A DNA stretch of 58,621 nucleotides, the filler included, from Platydemus manokwari (Eukaryota): NCBI GenBank assembly GCA_037951405.1. It is 5 parts of 5 records of this genome, joined end to end, with 100 filler letters (N's around TTAATTAATTAA, not from the genome) between each part and the next. Parts side by side here need not be neighbours in the genome. Positions count along the whole stretch, not along the records: positions 10,893 to 22,933 come from JBBMOY010331113.1; positions 23,034 to 33,740 come from JBBMOY011111554.1; 3 more parts are not named here. The stretch is one strand, 5' to 3'. The position numbers were made by a program, and so were the translations under genes. Below are positions 12,889 to 26,200 of the stretch, one piece after another. The notes beneath the pieces were generated by a model. That model ran no database searches. It was not told the DNA's origin and saw only the letters and a list, made by a program, of their open reading frames with translations. The first letter of the stretch is position 1, and every line of letters starts with the position of its first letter.

Positions 12889-15800
12889 CGATCAATACAC
12901 AATGCATTTCTAATCGGAACATATCGATTTTTTTTCACGTCACATTCTTCACTAATAAACCTGTTAAATATCGGCGTTAGGAATAATATCGATTCATTGA
13001 TATCCTATTGTTCAGTGTATCGAACTCAGAAATTGGGAATATGCTAGCCCATTGTGGAGATTTGCTGGGGATTTACCGGAGGAAGTCATTCGTAAAATCG
13101 AATTGCGTAAATTAGACATTGATAACATTTTAACGATTCCCGTGAAAGAATTAGGTGAATTCGATTAAAAGATAATCAAAATCAATATTCATTGGTGAAA
13201 TATGTTCTAGATGATATTATTCGCTACGGTAACAAAGGGAAAGATGTGAAAATGATGGCCAGTTTCATTCCACGTGTGACGGCTGAAGTTGATGTTCAAC
13301 CGGTGACGCGATCGATTTTGAGGATGCGAACGAGAATAACACCGCAATTTCGCTGGAATGAAAAATATCACGGATCACAGTTACAGAGTTTTTGGCTTTG
13401 GGTTGAAGATCCTGAAACGGATTTGATGCATTATTCGGAAATGATTACCATATCGAAGAAACAAGTATGAGAATTCAGTGAATTAGATCGATAATATTTC
13501 CAATAATTACGAGTTGACTTGATGTAATTCGAATTGATTTCATTTCAGGTACTAAAGAAAGAAGTACTGGAAATAATTTTCGCAATACCGATTTTCGAAC
13601 CAATGCCAAGCAGGTACATTCTTCGCATATCCAGTGACACTTGGATGGGGTCAGATTTTTTCATGGATATTCAATTCAAGAACTTGATTCTACCAGAATT
13701 GCACCCTCCACACACAAGTTATTTGCTTTTATTGATTTAATATTTATAATATTGATTTGATATCGATCGAACTCAGTTAATATGGCACACCTTTTGGTTC
13801 CATGAAAATTAGGTTCTAAATTTACTGAAAACTAATAAGAATCGATTAAAAAATTATAAAAATTCTTTGAAAACTTAACACAAACAATGAGGAATCTTAA
13901 ATGCACCCTTAACTTGAAATGGTTTTGTCACTGGCTATAATTAATCGAACCAAATTTGTCAATCTATTTTTAGTTATTACTGAGAAATTATAAATCAATT
14001 TCATGTACATTGAAATAATATCACATTTTCATTGATCCATATTTGACCATATTTATTGAAGTGATATCTATAATTTCAAAAACAAATTAAAGTGTTTTTT
14101 GGCTATAAAACACTATTGATTTTAACCATCTTAATTGCTAATAATCGATATATTACATGACGAATAGATTTTCTATAATGGTGATGTTAAGCGAGTATTG
14201 ATATTAGTTTTAATATTGTGCTTCATTGCTTATAATGTATTGGCAATCGTTTTATCTGCAATCCAAATTTGCACTTCCAACTCATAAATATTGTACATCA
14301 TCTTCTTTCCATTATTTAATAATTTAATCAATGGTGAATTCTATTACGTATCTGATCAGTAGCTTGATATCTGTCTTAAATCTATTTTGGATATGTTTTT
14401 TGGCAATAAAACACTATTGATTTTAACCATCCTTATAATTAATGTAATGAATTGTTAATAATCGGTATTTTACACGACGAATAGATTTTCTATAATGGTG
14501 ATGTTAAGCGAGTATTGATATTAGTTTTAATATTGTGCTTCATTGCTTATGATGTATTGGCAATCGTTCCAACTTATAAATATTGTACATCATCTCCTTT
14601 CCATCATTTAATAATTTAATCAATGGTGAATTCTGTTACGTGTCTGATCAGTAGCTGGATATCCGGTCAGATAACCTAATGTCTTAAACCTATTATGGAT
14701 ATGACTTCAAAAAATTCGTTAGGCTGTAAAATATGTACAATTACATCAGTTGGTTGCAGAATTTCTGTAAAACCATGTTATATAATCGATTATTTCCACA
14801 ATAAGCGAGAATTGTTTCTCAAATATATAAGAATGATAAAATATGTGGGATATATTCGTAATTGATTTTTAGATATAAATTTTTACCTCAGTACATTGGA
14901 TTGGCCGGCTTAAATAGTGGTGTATTGGATTTTGTTATAATTTATTTTGGGCTCTTTTTAATGTTTTCAATATTTGTTTTCTTTGTTATGATTTGACTTG
15001 TGATTTGTTAATTCGAAATAAAGTACAAAGCTTAATTAGTGATATGAACAAAGCCCAAGTTTTTAATGGATTCATAATTATCACGATTATTTATAGTATT
15101 GCGTAGTTAAGATTTTATTATTAAAGATGCTGTGTATCGATCTTCACAATTCTAACACTTATCATAAAATAATTATTCTATTCATAGTAATTTTTTAAGC
15201 CGTTTCGTGTTATAGATCTTCTTGATTTGAGACCTTTACCGGTATCTGCATTGAAAAATGAACAGTATCAACAGCTGTTTCGTTACAGTCATTTCAATCC
15301 AATTCAAACCCAAATATTCCATGCACTCTATCATTCTGATGTTAACATCTTGCTCGGTGCTCCAACTGGATCTGGAAAAACAGTTGCTGCTGAACTGGCG
15401 ATATTTAGAGTCTTTAATACTCAACCGGATAAAAAAGTGAGTAATAACGGAGTTGCCAGTGATAATATGTTGTCTGTTTTATTTATCAGTGTGTTTATAT
15501 TGCACCACTGAAAGCATTAGTGCGAGAGCGAACTGATGATTGGACGAAAAAATTCGGGGAAACACTCAATAAAAAGTTTTTTATTTATATATACATCAAG
15601 ATTAAAATCATTGTCTCAATAGAGTCGTTGAATTGACCGGAGATATCGCTCCAGATATGAAAGCTGTTTCCCAATCTGACCTGATTGTCACTACTCCGGA
15701 AAAATGGGACGGTGTTAGCCGTAGTTGGCAAGAACGACGATTTGTGCAAGACGTTGCTTTGATTGTTATCGATGAAATTCATTTGCTCGGTGAAGATCGT

Positions 15801-18800
15801 GGTCCAGTGTTGGAGGTAATCAATAATAGTACTGATTAAATATAATTAATATTGATTTTCAGGTCATTGTTTCTAGAATCAATTTCATTTCAGCCCATAC
15901 AAAAATCAACGTTCGCATTGTTGGCTTATCAACAGCATTGGCCAATGCCCGCGATCTTGCTGATTGGTTACATATTGACACGAACTCTATGGGCCTATAC
16001 AATTTCCGACCATCAGTAAGGCCGGTTCCCCTACAGGTTCACATTCAAGGTTTCAGTGGCCGCCATTATTGTCCACGAATGGCCACAATGAACAAACCAA
16101 CTTATCAGGGTTTGACAGGAGTTTTCCTTTTTTTCTTTAATTCGTTTATCAATTTTCAGCTATTCAAGTGCATTCTGCATCAAAACCGGTTTTGATTTTT
16201 GTTTCTAGTCGTCGACAAACACGCTTAACGGCTTTTGATTTGATTTCTTTTGTCGTTTCCAGTGATAGACCAAGGCAATGGATCAATTTAACACATGAGG
16301 AGGTATGTTCGATTTAGTACACCTCGTTTATATAGCCTTTATTGATTTTATTGCACGTTTAAATATAAACCTGAATAATAATAATTATTATTAAATATTA
16401 TTTTATAAATAAAGAATGGTAATGGTTGCAAGAGATATCATGATTTGCGTCCTAATTAAATAATAATTAAAAAATATTGATTTTATGTTATTGTGCACAG
16501 ATATAAACCCGTATATTAATAATAATGATTATTATTAATTATTATTTTATAATAAATATTAATAAAGAATGGTAATGGTTTCAAGAGATATCGAGGTTTT
16601 CGTCGCAATTAAATACCAAATAAAAANNNNNNNNNNTTGATTTTATATTATTGCACACAAATATAAACCTGAATAATAATGATTATTATTTTATATTAAA
16701 TATTAATAAATAATGATAATGGTTGCAAGAGATCATGGTTTACGTCCAAATTAAATACCAGATAAAAATTATTGATTATATGTTATTACGCACATTGTTC
16801 ATTTTAAAGTTAAAATAAAGGATTTTTATATATTTAGACAGACTTCTTGATTGAGAATATTCGAGACCAAGATCTGAAATTGATCATTTCATATGGCATA
16901 GGAATGCACCATGCTGGTCTCCATGAGAAAGATCGAAAGCTGGTTGAAAATCTTTTTCTAAATCAAAAGATTCAAATTCTGATAGCCACTTCCACTCTGG
17001 CATGGGGTGTCAACTTTCCAGCACATCTTGTCGTAGTCAAAGGAACGGAATATTTCGATGGAAAAACTAAACGGTACATCGATTATCCAATAACAGGTAT
17101 GATAATTTGACTTTCATTATTTCATGTGATTGTCGATACGAGTTGATATTGAATGTCATTATGTGATTATAGATGTTCTTCAAATGATGGGGCGAGCTGG
17201 TCGACCTCAATTCGATGACAATGGTAAAGCTGTCATCATGGTGCACGATATTAAAAAGGAATTTTATAAAAAATTTCTATATGAACCGTTTCCCGTTGAA
17301 AGCAGGTTAGTTTATTATTTTGTTCTTGAATTTCTTTCCCAAATCAATATAATTAGAAAAGAAAATATTATGATATAATCTTTTTAACATTAATAAATAT
17401 AACTATGAACATAATAGTAATAATGATTAATAGAAAATATTATCTTATAATAATTAGACAACTGTCATATATTAGCATAAGATTCTCTTGTTTTTTGTTA
17501 TTTTCTTTCTCAAAATATTCACACAAAGAACAATAATAAATATAATTTAAGAATAATTTTTGGTTTCAGTCTTTTGAAAGTGCTACCGGATCACATGAAT
17601 GCCGAAATTATAGCTGGTACAATTACCAGCAAACAATCAGCTATGAATTATCTGACGTGGACGTTCTTTTTCAGAAGATTGCTGATGAATCCCAAGTAAG
17701 TTTTGAAATTAAATCAATTAGTTCAATTTTATGCGAATTTTCTGAAGTACTCATAGAAAATTTGTCAAAAAAAATCGGTTTGACCGAGGGAAATATTGTT
17801 TAAATTTGATTAGAATGGTCGATTTGTTATAAATTATGTCATTCGTTAGTCGAGTTTTCAAATATATTACTGAGTTACTTCACCTGATAATATTTCATTA
17901 ATCGCTCATGATAATCCATCAAAATAGTGAATCAGGATAAAAAATCTCATATTTTATAAGTTGACCTGAAAATCAGTCCAAAAATCTAATTAATATAAAT
18001 TTCGTATTAAAATTTTTATTTTGTATGCTGATTTTTTATAGAAGGTACCTTGAGCATAAAAACAGGACACAATATTGATTTTATAGAAATCAATACCAAT
18101 TTCACAATAATATTATATCACATACTATTATTTAGTTACTATGGTCTGGAATCAGTCGATCATAAATCGCTCAATCAGTTTCTATCACGGATGATTGAGA
18201 CAATAGTTACAGAACTCGAAATTAGTCATTGTGTAGAAATAGGTGATGGGGGATCTCTTGAGCCTGGAACTATGGGTAGAATCGCTTCGTATTACTATTT
18301 GAAACACCAAACTGTGAGATTGTTTCACGATAAATTAAAACCCAACTCAACATTGGAAGACCTACTGGACATTTTAACCGTAATTCAACAGCTTAACCAT
18401 GTTAATATTGAATACATAAATGAATCTTATTCAGAGCACCGAAGAGTTTGCCGAACTACCTGTCCGTCACAACGAAAATCAGCTCAATTTAGATTTATCC
18501 AAGAAAGTTCCCATCAAACTTGATCCTAATAGCATGGAAAGTCCTCACACTAAAGCCAATCTATTGTTGCAGGCATATTTCAGTCGTGTTCAACTTCCAA
18601 TTGCAGATTACCATACCGATACCAAATTAGTGTTAGATCAAGCCATTCGAATAGTTCAAGCCATGATTGATGCGGCCGGTAGTGAAGGCTGGTTAGCTAC
18701 TTGTCTACAAGCTGCACAACTCATCCAAATGCTTGTGCAAGGTTTATGGATCAACGATAACCCTCTTTTACAATTGCCAGGAATTGAAATTCATCATCTC

Positions 18801-20720
18801 CGTCACATAAAGAAGTAAAATAATAATAATCTCTATTCGTAACCTTTTCTTATTGATTATTAGAAATCAGAAAAGTGACCCATTCACCAATTTACCCGAA
18901 CTTATTGATCATGTATCTAATAAATATGACAAGTTACACATGGTCCTGTCTCATGGATTCGACAAGCATGAATTAGATAAAATATTCAAGGTCCTCTGTC
19001 AATATCCGATTATGGAGATCAGTTTGAAATTGCAAGGACCAATGTTCGAACCCGATAGTAATGATATCGATATCCAAACACCATATTTAAAGTCGAAAGA
19101 AAAACCACCGAAAGTCGTTTCATATGATGAAACTGAAGAGAATGATGATAGTGATTCAGAAGACAATAATCTTTGCTGTGATGTTCTCGTTCCGAATTTG
19201 AATATTTCGCGAGTTCAATCATGGGTAGGGTTTGGGCATTTGTCGAAAAAATCAAACCAGAAATTGTGGATACCCGTGATCTGTGATACGCAATATGTTG
19301 TACAGGTTCAACTGAAACAGCTCAACTATCCAAAGGTATGAATCGATTTGTTGCATAATAATAATAATAATAATAATTGGTGGTACAATCAATATTAGTT
19401 ATAACGATAATTATAATAATATAATAATAGTTTTAATGATAATACATAATATAATATTTGATTGTTAATAATATATGAGGGTTATGCATCATTCCGATTT
19501 GATAAAATATGAGCGGGAATTTTGTAACAAATCGGAAAACCTTTGTATTCATCGTCTTCAAAATAATCACCCTCTGACACAATGCTACTGAGCCTTTAAC
19601 GACTTTGATGGTATTTTTTTGGCCAATCCTGACTTTTAGCGCGCTCTTTACTCTATTCATCAGTTGTTCCGGGACCTATGGATCAAGTAATCATCTGTAA
19701 TAATACGTTTCATGATATCCAAATCGTCAGAAATTGTTTTATATACTGTGTATTTTTGGAACCAAACTAGATTTTATTTGTCTAATCTACATAAAATGAT
19801 GTGAACTGTTTCAAATGGATTGTTTACACCATTGTCAATGTACGAAAATCGGTTACAAGTTTTTGTTTATCTTCTCGAGCTGTGTATCTACTGCTGTTTT
19901 GGTTCTCTCGGTGTGATTTGTTTTCAACAAGTTCTCGTACACTCTCTTTGAACCTATCGTACCACTCATGTAGTCTTGTTTTCCATAGAGCCTCGTCATC
20001 TAAGAGATTCTGCAACTTTTCAAAATTATGCTATTTTCATTCGGCAACTTCTTTCCTGAACATAATCGGACATTTTAAAAATTGAAAAAAGTTTTTTGAT
20101 TTGATACTGAAAATATTGAGATGGAATTCAACACTGATGTCATAGACAGTAATATTACCAACCTAAAAGATTATTTGTCCGAGTCTGCGAATATTAAATG
20201 GAAAATTCTCGTTAGATATTTGATCCAACGAGTATATAAAGTGATGGTAAGTGGAAATGAAAAACACTCGAATCTAGATTCTATCTAATTTTTGACTAGT
20301 GGAAAAAACTGGTTTATTAGTGTTCTTCTACCAGTAGTGTTTCAAATTATTTATAACTATTTAATCAATAAATATAATTAATTAATATTATTAATGATAA
20401 TGATAGCTACCGAGCAAACATAATATTAGCACCTATGATAATTTTCCATTTAGAATATCCAAATTCCTAAAGCTTTCGCTCCGAAATTTCCCAAGCCCAA
20501 AGATGAAGGCTGGATTCTGATTTTAGGTGATCCTGAAAATCAGGAGGTTCTGGCTATCAAAAGAATACCAATGATTCGACAATCTACAACGAGAATCACA
20601 ATGACATTTTTCAGTCCCGAGAAACGTGGTCGATATTTGTACAAACTTTACGTTATGAGTGATTCCTATATGAGTCTCGATCAAGAAATACCCATCTTCA
20701 TTGACGTACGCGACAACTGA
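11082..20720 (+). CDS. ASCC3: Activating signal cointegrator 1 complex subunit 3 (Ski2-like dual-cassette helicase with Sec63 domains), 5' partial
   Basis: 20 in-phase GT-AG exons: 11082-11468, 11524-11781, 11836-11994, 12051-12170, 12253-12771, 13016-13154, 13211-13464, 13549-13717, 15216-15436, 15490-15575, 15623-15815, 15863-16109, 16160-16302, 16838-17096, 17173-17305, 17570-17695, 18136-18379, 18435-18814, 18864-19335, 20454-20720 (TGA), about 1591 aa. Motifs: [36 protein letters not shown], Walker [14 protein letters not shown], and ASCC3-type [26 protein letters not shown]. The N-terminal region and start of the first cassette lie beyond the contig end. Confidence 0.95.
12853..12888. 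repeat. (CA)n(TA)n compound microsatellite in an ASCC3 intron
   Basis: cacacacacacacacacacatatatatatatatata seen directly. Confidence 0.9.
14093..14703. repeat. About 300-bp tandem duplication in an ASCC3 intron
   Basis: Copies start at 14093 and 14394 (tgttttttggc-ataaaacactattgattttaaccatc...) and share long identical blocks such as gacgaatagattttctataatggtgatgttaagcgagtattgatattagttttaatattgtgcttcattgctta, with indels between them. Confidence 0.92.
16340..16795. repeat. Minisatellite, about 3 copies of a 140-160-bp unit, in an ASCC3 intron
   Basis: Recurring blocks attgattttat..ttattg..cac..atataaacc and aatggtt(g/t)caagagat..attaaatac; includes a 10-N gap at 16627-16636. Confidence 0.85.
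19472..20236 (-). mobile_element. Degenerate mariner-family DNA transposon in the last ASCC3 intron
   Basis: Minus ORF 19824-20015 ([23 protein letters not shown]...[12 protein letters not shown]) resembles the mariner N-terminal HTH. A GDYFED C-terminus is at about 19555-19572. Degenerate inverted ends: gatttgataaaatatgagcgggaatttt (about 19496) versus gaaaattctcgttagatatttgatccaacgagta (about 20201-20234). Confidence 0.75.
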
Positions 20721-22933
20721 GATATTGCATGATTTATTGTCACATACGATTTCAGATGGGATTAATGAATTTTTTCTTTGAATTTACTGTAAAACTGTGC
20801 TAATCTTGTTATTTATTTTAACCGATTTAATATTGGTAAATATAATTCGAGAGAAATCATTTATATGAAAATTAATTATAAAGAGGCTGAGTAGAATTTC
20901 GATTTGGTTTTAATTTGACGAAATATATTGAAGTAGTGGCTTTTATTATTGTTACAATTATAATGTTCAACAAGATTTTTTACTAAACCAATTGTGACAT
21001 ATATTAAGATTACAAATAAACCGTTAATCCGGTAGTTACTGTTGTGAAAGATTTAATTTTTGATTTTGTTTATAAAAACTTGACTATATAAGACTCATTC
21101 ACTGGAAGGATTCTTATATTAATTAAATCAGTCATCACCATTCAAATCTGTTTCATTGTTCGCCACTTTCTACCTATATTTTTATCGAGATTGATCTAGT
21201 TTACTACTTAGCACTCTATAAATTAGATGTGGAATTTCGCAATTTTTTTTTATCGGAATTCATTTCACATCAAAGTCAATATGCGTGGATTTATTTGCAT
21301 TATTATAAATCCTCGAAATATTTTATCGTTAAAGGGATAAATATTGTAATTTATATCAACTGATATTGTGTTTGAAATCTGAAAGAGAATTTTGGTTTAT
21401 CGATTTAATATTCGAGTGAAACTTAAACTCTATCGAGCTATTTATATTTTTCGTTTGTAATCTAAATAATATTATAATTCAATGGCAAATTACAGCAAAA
21501 AACTCCACAATTGAAAATAAATATTAGGGTTATCGTATGTTTATTACAATGGAACACAGAAATAATTACCTCGATTCAATTTCATGACCTACCATTTTGT
21601 ATTTACATCTAAATCCCATATCATGAAGTATTATTGAGCTGGTATTTTCTCGTTATCTGTTTTACCTGTTAAGATATTTTAATTAATGTTTTGCTCTTAA
21701 GAAAATTCAGCAATTACCTGATTGATCGCTACTCATAATCTCAAAATTATATTACATGTCAATTAGTTTGCTATATCAACATTTCCTTATCTTATTCTTA
21801 CCGGTTGACATGTTAAGCAGAATTTTATTTTAATCTGAAATATTCGTCTTTAAGAATTATCTTATTGTAATTATATTTGTACAACTCTTATATAATTGGG
21901 GATAACAAAGTCCAGAATTTATATAATGTTTACAATATATATTTAATACACATTAAATATAATCAAGAAATTCATTGCCGATAATGTATTATTCAATAGG
22001 TTGCTTTGTCTAGCATCATGATCATTTATTTTGATACTCATTAAAACTCAAGACCTTAAAGATGTTTAATTAAATTTGCTTTTGTTTTCATTTTCACAAT
22101 AAATATAAAATATGATATTAATTAAAATGAAAAACCATACAAATAATTATAATTGTCATAAAAAAATTAATATAGCAACAGTAAAGATACACGTACTCTG
22201 GTTTGTTGAGTTCTCATTACGATTGCAATTGGAATTAATGCTTTTTGTTTGAATCAAGTTCCCCACGTGAAACTTTGAAATATTTCACTGGGATTACATA
22301 ATTTTACTCCATTAAAATTAAATGCTATAATGCTTTTGCACTTACTCAACTTTATGTTAGACTCTTATCAAGGGTTTATAAAGAGTATGCTCAGCGGGAT
22401 GACGGTTATAAACATGCCCCAGTACCCATGAGATTTTCTGAAAAACCTAAATTTCATTCTGCTGAAAATCTAAACTTACATTGTCGGAAAAACCAAAATT
22501 TTACCGGCAGTCGAGGCAATCGCTAAAGTTGTACAGGAAAAATAAGTTCTTCGACAAGGATGAGAGGTTCTATACCTCCAGACCCCACGAATACTCATGT
22601 TACGTTCGGGCATTATTGAATTATTTGTTTTAATAAGCTGTATTTTACTTGATATCACTACTGGCTTAATTAGTCTCTATGAGTTCTTGATTAAGGCCAC
22701 AGGCGTAATTTACCTTATATTTTTGTTCTTTCACCTCGCACAGCCTTATTTTATGATGACAATAGATGTGGCAGTAGTGATATATTTTACTATCAGTCTC
22801 AAAATATTTAACCACTTAAAACTATTAACTATATTTCTTTACTACAAACTATGATTTTATGATCCCTATATGATTAAGAAAACTAAAGCTTTAATGTTAC
22901 AAATATTTATTAAATATGACACCAATACTAATT

Positions 22934-23033
22934 NNNNNNNNNNNNNNNNNNNNNNNNNNNNNNNNNNNNNNNNNNNNTTAATTAATTAANNNNNNNNNNN
23001 NNNNNNNNNNNNNNNNNNNNNNNNNNNNNNNNN
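22934..23033. other. Artificial contig-joining spacer N44-TTAATTAATTAA-N44
   Basis: Same 100-nt structure as at 10793. Confidence 0.97.
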
Positions 23034-23242
23034 ATAATTTTCTTTATTACAATTTCTGTTTAATTTTGAATGTACTATGAAATAATATAACCTATTTATT
23101 ATAATCATATACTTTCATTCAATATTTAGTGAAAACTAACTTAATTTAAAAACATTTTTGATTTTTATCATTAATTTAAAATCACAAAGTCGAATGTTTT
23201 GTTTAAATATTTATAGCACATTTAAATTTAAAGATTAATATA

Positions 23243-26200
23243 ATGGAATATAGTGAAACTATAGAATTCGAAATTATTAATAAACCGGCATCTCAATTTT
23301 TTATTAGTGAAGGTATTGTGATTTTTATTAACTTGTGATCTTATAAAGATAATAGAAAATGTCAAGGGAAAAAGGACTAATAAAAATTTCAAAATTGGAA
23401 AATCATTTCAATATTCATTAAAAAATTATGAGAATCGTTTTTTAATATGGTGAGAAATTACAAATTTTATAAAATATCTCATTATGTATAAAAAGGAATA
23501 CTAATGACAACATTTTAACCATCACTGAGTTGTCTACAGATTTTGAGTTGTTAGGAAATCAGATTGAAATTGAATTTCAAAAAAGTCAGGTCCTTCATGT
23601 CAGTGTTTACGAAACTGAAAATGACATACAGTTTTTAATTTCAACCTCGTTGTTAGTGATGAGGTTTTCTTTACATCATCCAAAAAAATTACGCCAACCA
23701 GTGAATGATTATTTGACTGATATTTTAATATTAAAACTTGGTTTCAGAATCCTGAAAATTTTCAATATTCAATATTTTACGGAATCAATGACTTAAACGA
23801 AATGAAGCACTGTATCACTCCATATTTCAATGCAAATGAAATCACATCAGTTAACAGCATAATTGATTATAATAACAAAAATATTGGTTATTTTAATTAT
23901 GGTTTATCAAATGGCAGTGTTTACACATTTGTCATCCAAGAGACAGTTCTTCCAGGTTACTTTTGAAAGTTTAACGATTCTTTACGTTATATATTCGAAT
24001 TTGTTTTAGACTCATTTAGCTATTTTGAAATGAAAGAAGGATCATTGTTCTCGAAATTAATATCTGGCTTTATATCTAGACCAAAATCTAATGATTATAT
24101 TGATACATCAATACAAGATATTACATATATTGAAATCAACGATCAAATCTATATTGTCAGTATTTCAAGAGACAATAAGCTGAAATTATGGAGTTTAAAG
24201 GTTTGAGTTTTTTATGGGGAGTTTTATTTGATGATTATTATGTCAATTTGTTGAAATTATTGACCATGTTACATTGGATTGTTATTGTTTTATGATTAAT
24301 TTAGAATAATTAATTCAATTAATATTATTCCAGGATCGATATTGCGTTGCGAGTGAAGATCTATTAGAATCGGTTTTAATGTCTAATAATTCCAATAGAA
24401 CGATGTCGACCATCAATTTCAACAGTATCATCTCTTCCCATAAGATCAATTCTTTTCTGAAATCAAATATTAAAGTTTTCCTTGATACCGTTGTTGTTTA
24501 TTTTCATGTTTCTCTCGGCAAAATGGTCTTCACCAATTGGATAATGATTCTGGTCACGGATCCACATGATAAAGTCAATTCAAAACAACCGTTTCAAATC
24601 ATATCCAACATCAATCAACCTGTGGATGGTTTGAATTTGATTGATTTTGAAATCAGTTATAATATCACCGATAAGGACAAACTTGGTAAGATTATCCATT
24701 TTTTTTGATTATATTTGATTATATTTATGTAAAATGATTATATATAAACATTATATTAATAATGGTGATTGTATCTGGTGATGTTTCATTGCGATTATGT
24801 TATCAATTTTAATTCATTATTTTATTGGCTTGTAATAATTATATATATATAATTATCTGGATCAATTGGCGAATCTCCCCCTGAACAAGTCTAAGAGGAG
24901 GGGGTTCTTCAATCAATTCAATTTGGGGTGGAGAATCTTCAGTTGCACATATTCAATAAATCTAAAAACATCTACTCATATTGAGGATTGTTATACCTTT
25001 GTCTTGAGGTGTGTACGAATTATTTCAGATCCAAACCCATTTTCTTTAGGCGGATCTGGAGTAGTTGTGGAGGTGGAGAAATCTTGTTTTTCGCACAAAT
25101 CAAAGTATTATTGTGAACGAATTCCTGCTTCGGCTTTGTGGGAAATAGTGGATACCAGTGTAAGATTCACAATGGGTTACATATGGAAATGGTGGATAAA
25201 AGAGATGTGGACACACTTTTACCCATTATTCTTATTTTGATTTATTATTTGGTTTATTTTTTTTGTTAATTTTGGAACGGGATTCTTCAGTCAATTAATA
25301 TAAGGGGGAGATTCTCCAATTGATCCAATTATCTTTATATATTAATTATATTATATGGTGAGGATTAAATCTCTCAAATCGTGGTTAATTATTTATTTTT
25401 GATGCATTTGAATATCCAACAAACATTTCCCATTTATGAAGAAAGCATAGACATGACACAGACCTTAAGTCTGATCTTAGAATAGTTATTATGAATTCTT
25501 TTATCTCGATACTAAAACGACATTTAAATCATTGATATAGTTTAATTGGGATTGTTAATGAATATTAATAATAATTATTGTTGATTATAATCAAATATAA
25601 TTAGTTTTATTTATTATTATGGGCGATATTAGCCTACACCAGACATGGCTCTTTGTCTGTCACCAACCAATAATGCTTGATTTTCAATTTGTTTATTTAT
25701 CGAATTAATGTTTGGATTGAATTACCGTTATTATGTTCACATGATCAAGATCGTTTGTTGGGATTTATTCAGGGGAGATTTATTGTTGATGATTTTGTTA
25801 TTGAATCGATCATTCTCAGGTATTTGGAGTTTGGTATCCGATAGAAATAGTGAGAAGAATAGTTCTCATTCTGTTAATTGGATATCGTTAAATGATGATG
25901 ATGATGATGAACCAGAAACATATCGTTGTCGCATTTACAATGGATTAAATGAGCTTGATATTCACATTGAAGACCATCAAGATCCACAAGAAGCAATCAT
26001 TAACAAAATATTTACTCCCGGAGTTCTGTTGCGACTGGCTGTTGTCAATACTTTGAATGTATGGTGTTTATATTTGATAGCTAGATGTGATAATTGATTG
26101 ATTAAATGATATTAGAAATATCGAGAATCTGATTCCATTTTATCATCAAAATCAACAGTTGATGAATTGAAACATCATTTGGTGTTAATCGTTGAATCAA

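Noticed and set aside
11082-20720. Alternative identity as SNRNP200/Brr2
   Set aside because: The second cassette has an intact GSGKT and DEIH plus SRSWQ, HYCPRM and PKPKDEGW, which fit ASCC3 rather than Brr2.
22350-22540. Gag-like peptide (KHAPVPMRF)
   Set aside because: A single short motif with no zinc knuckle, protease or LTR nearby.
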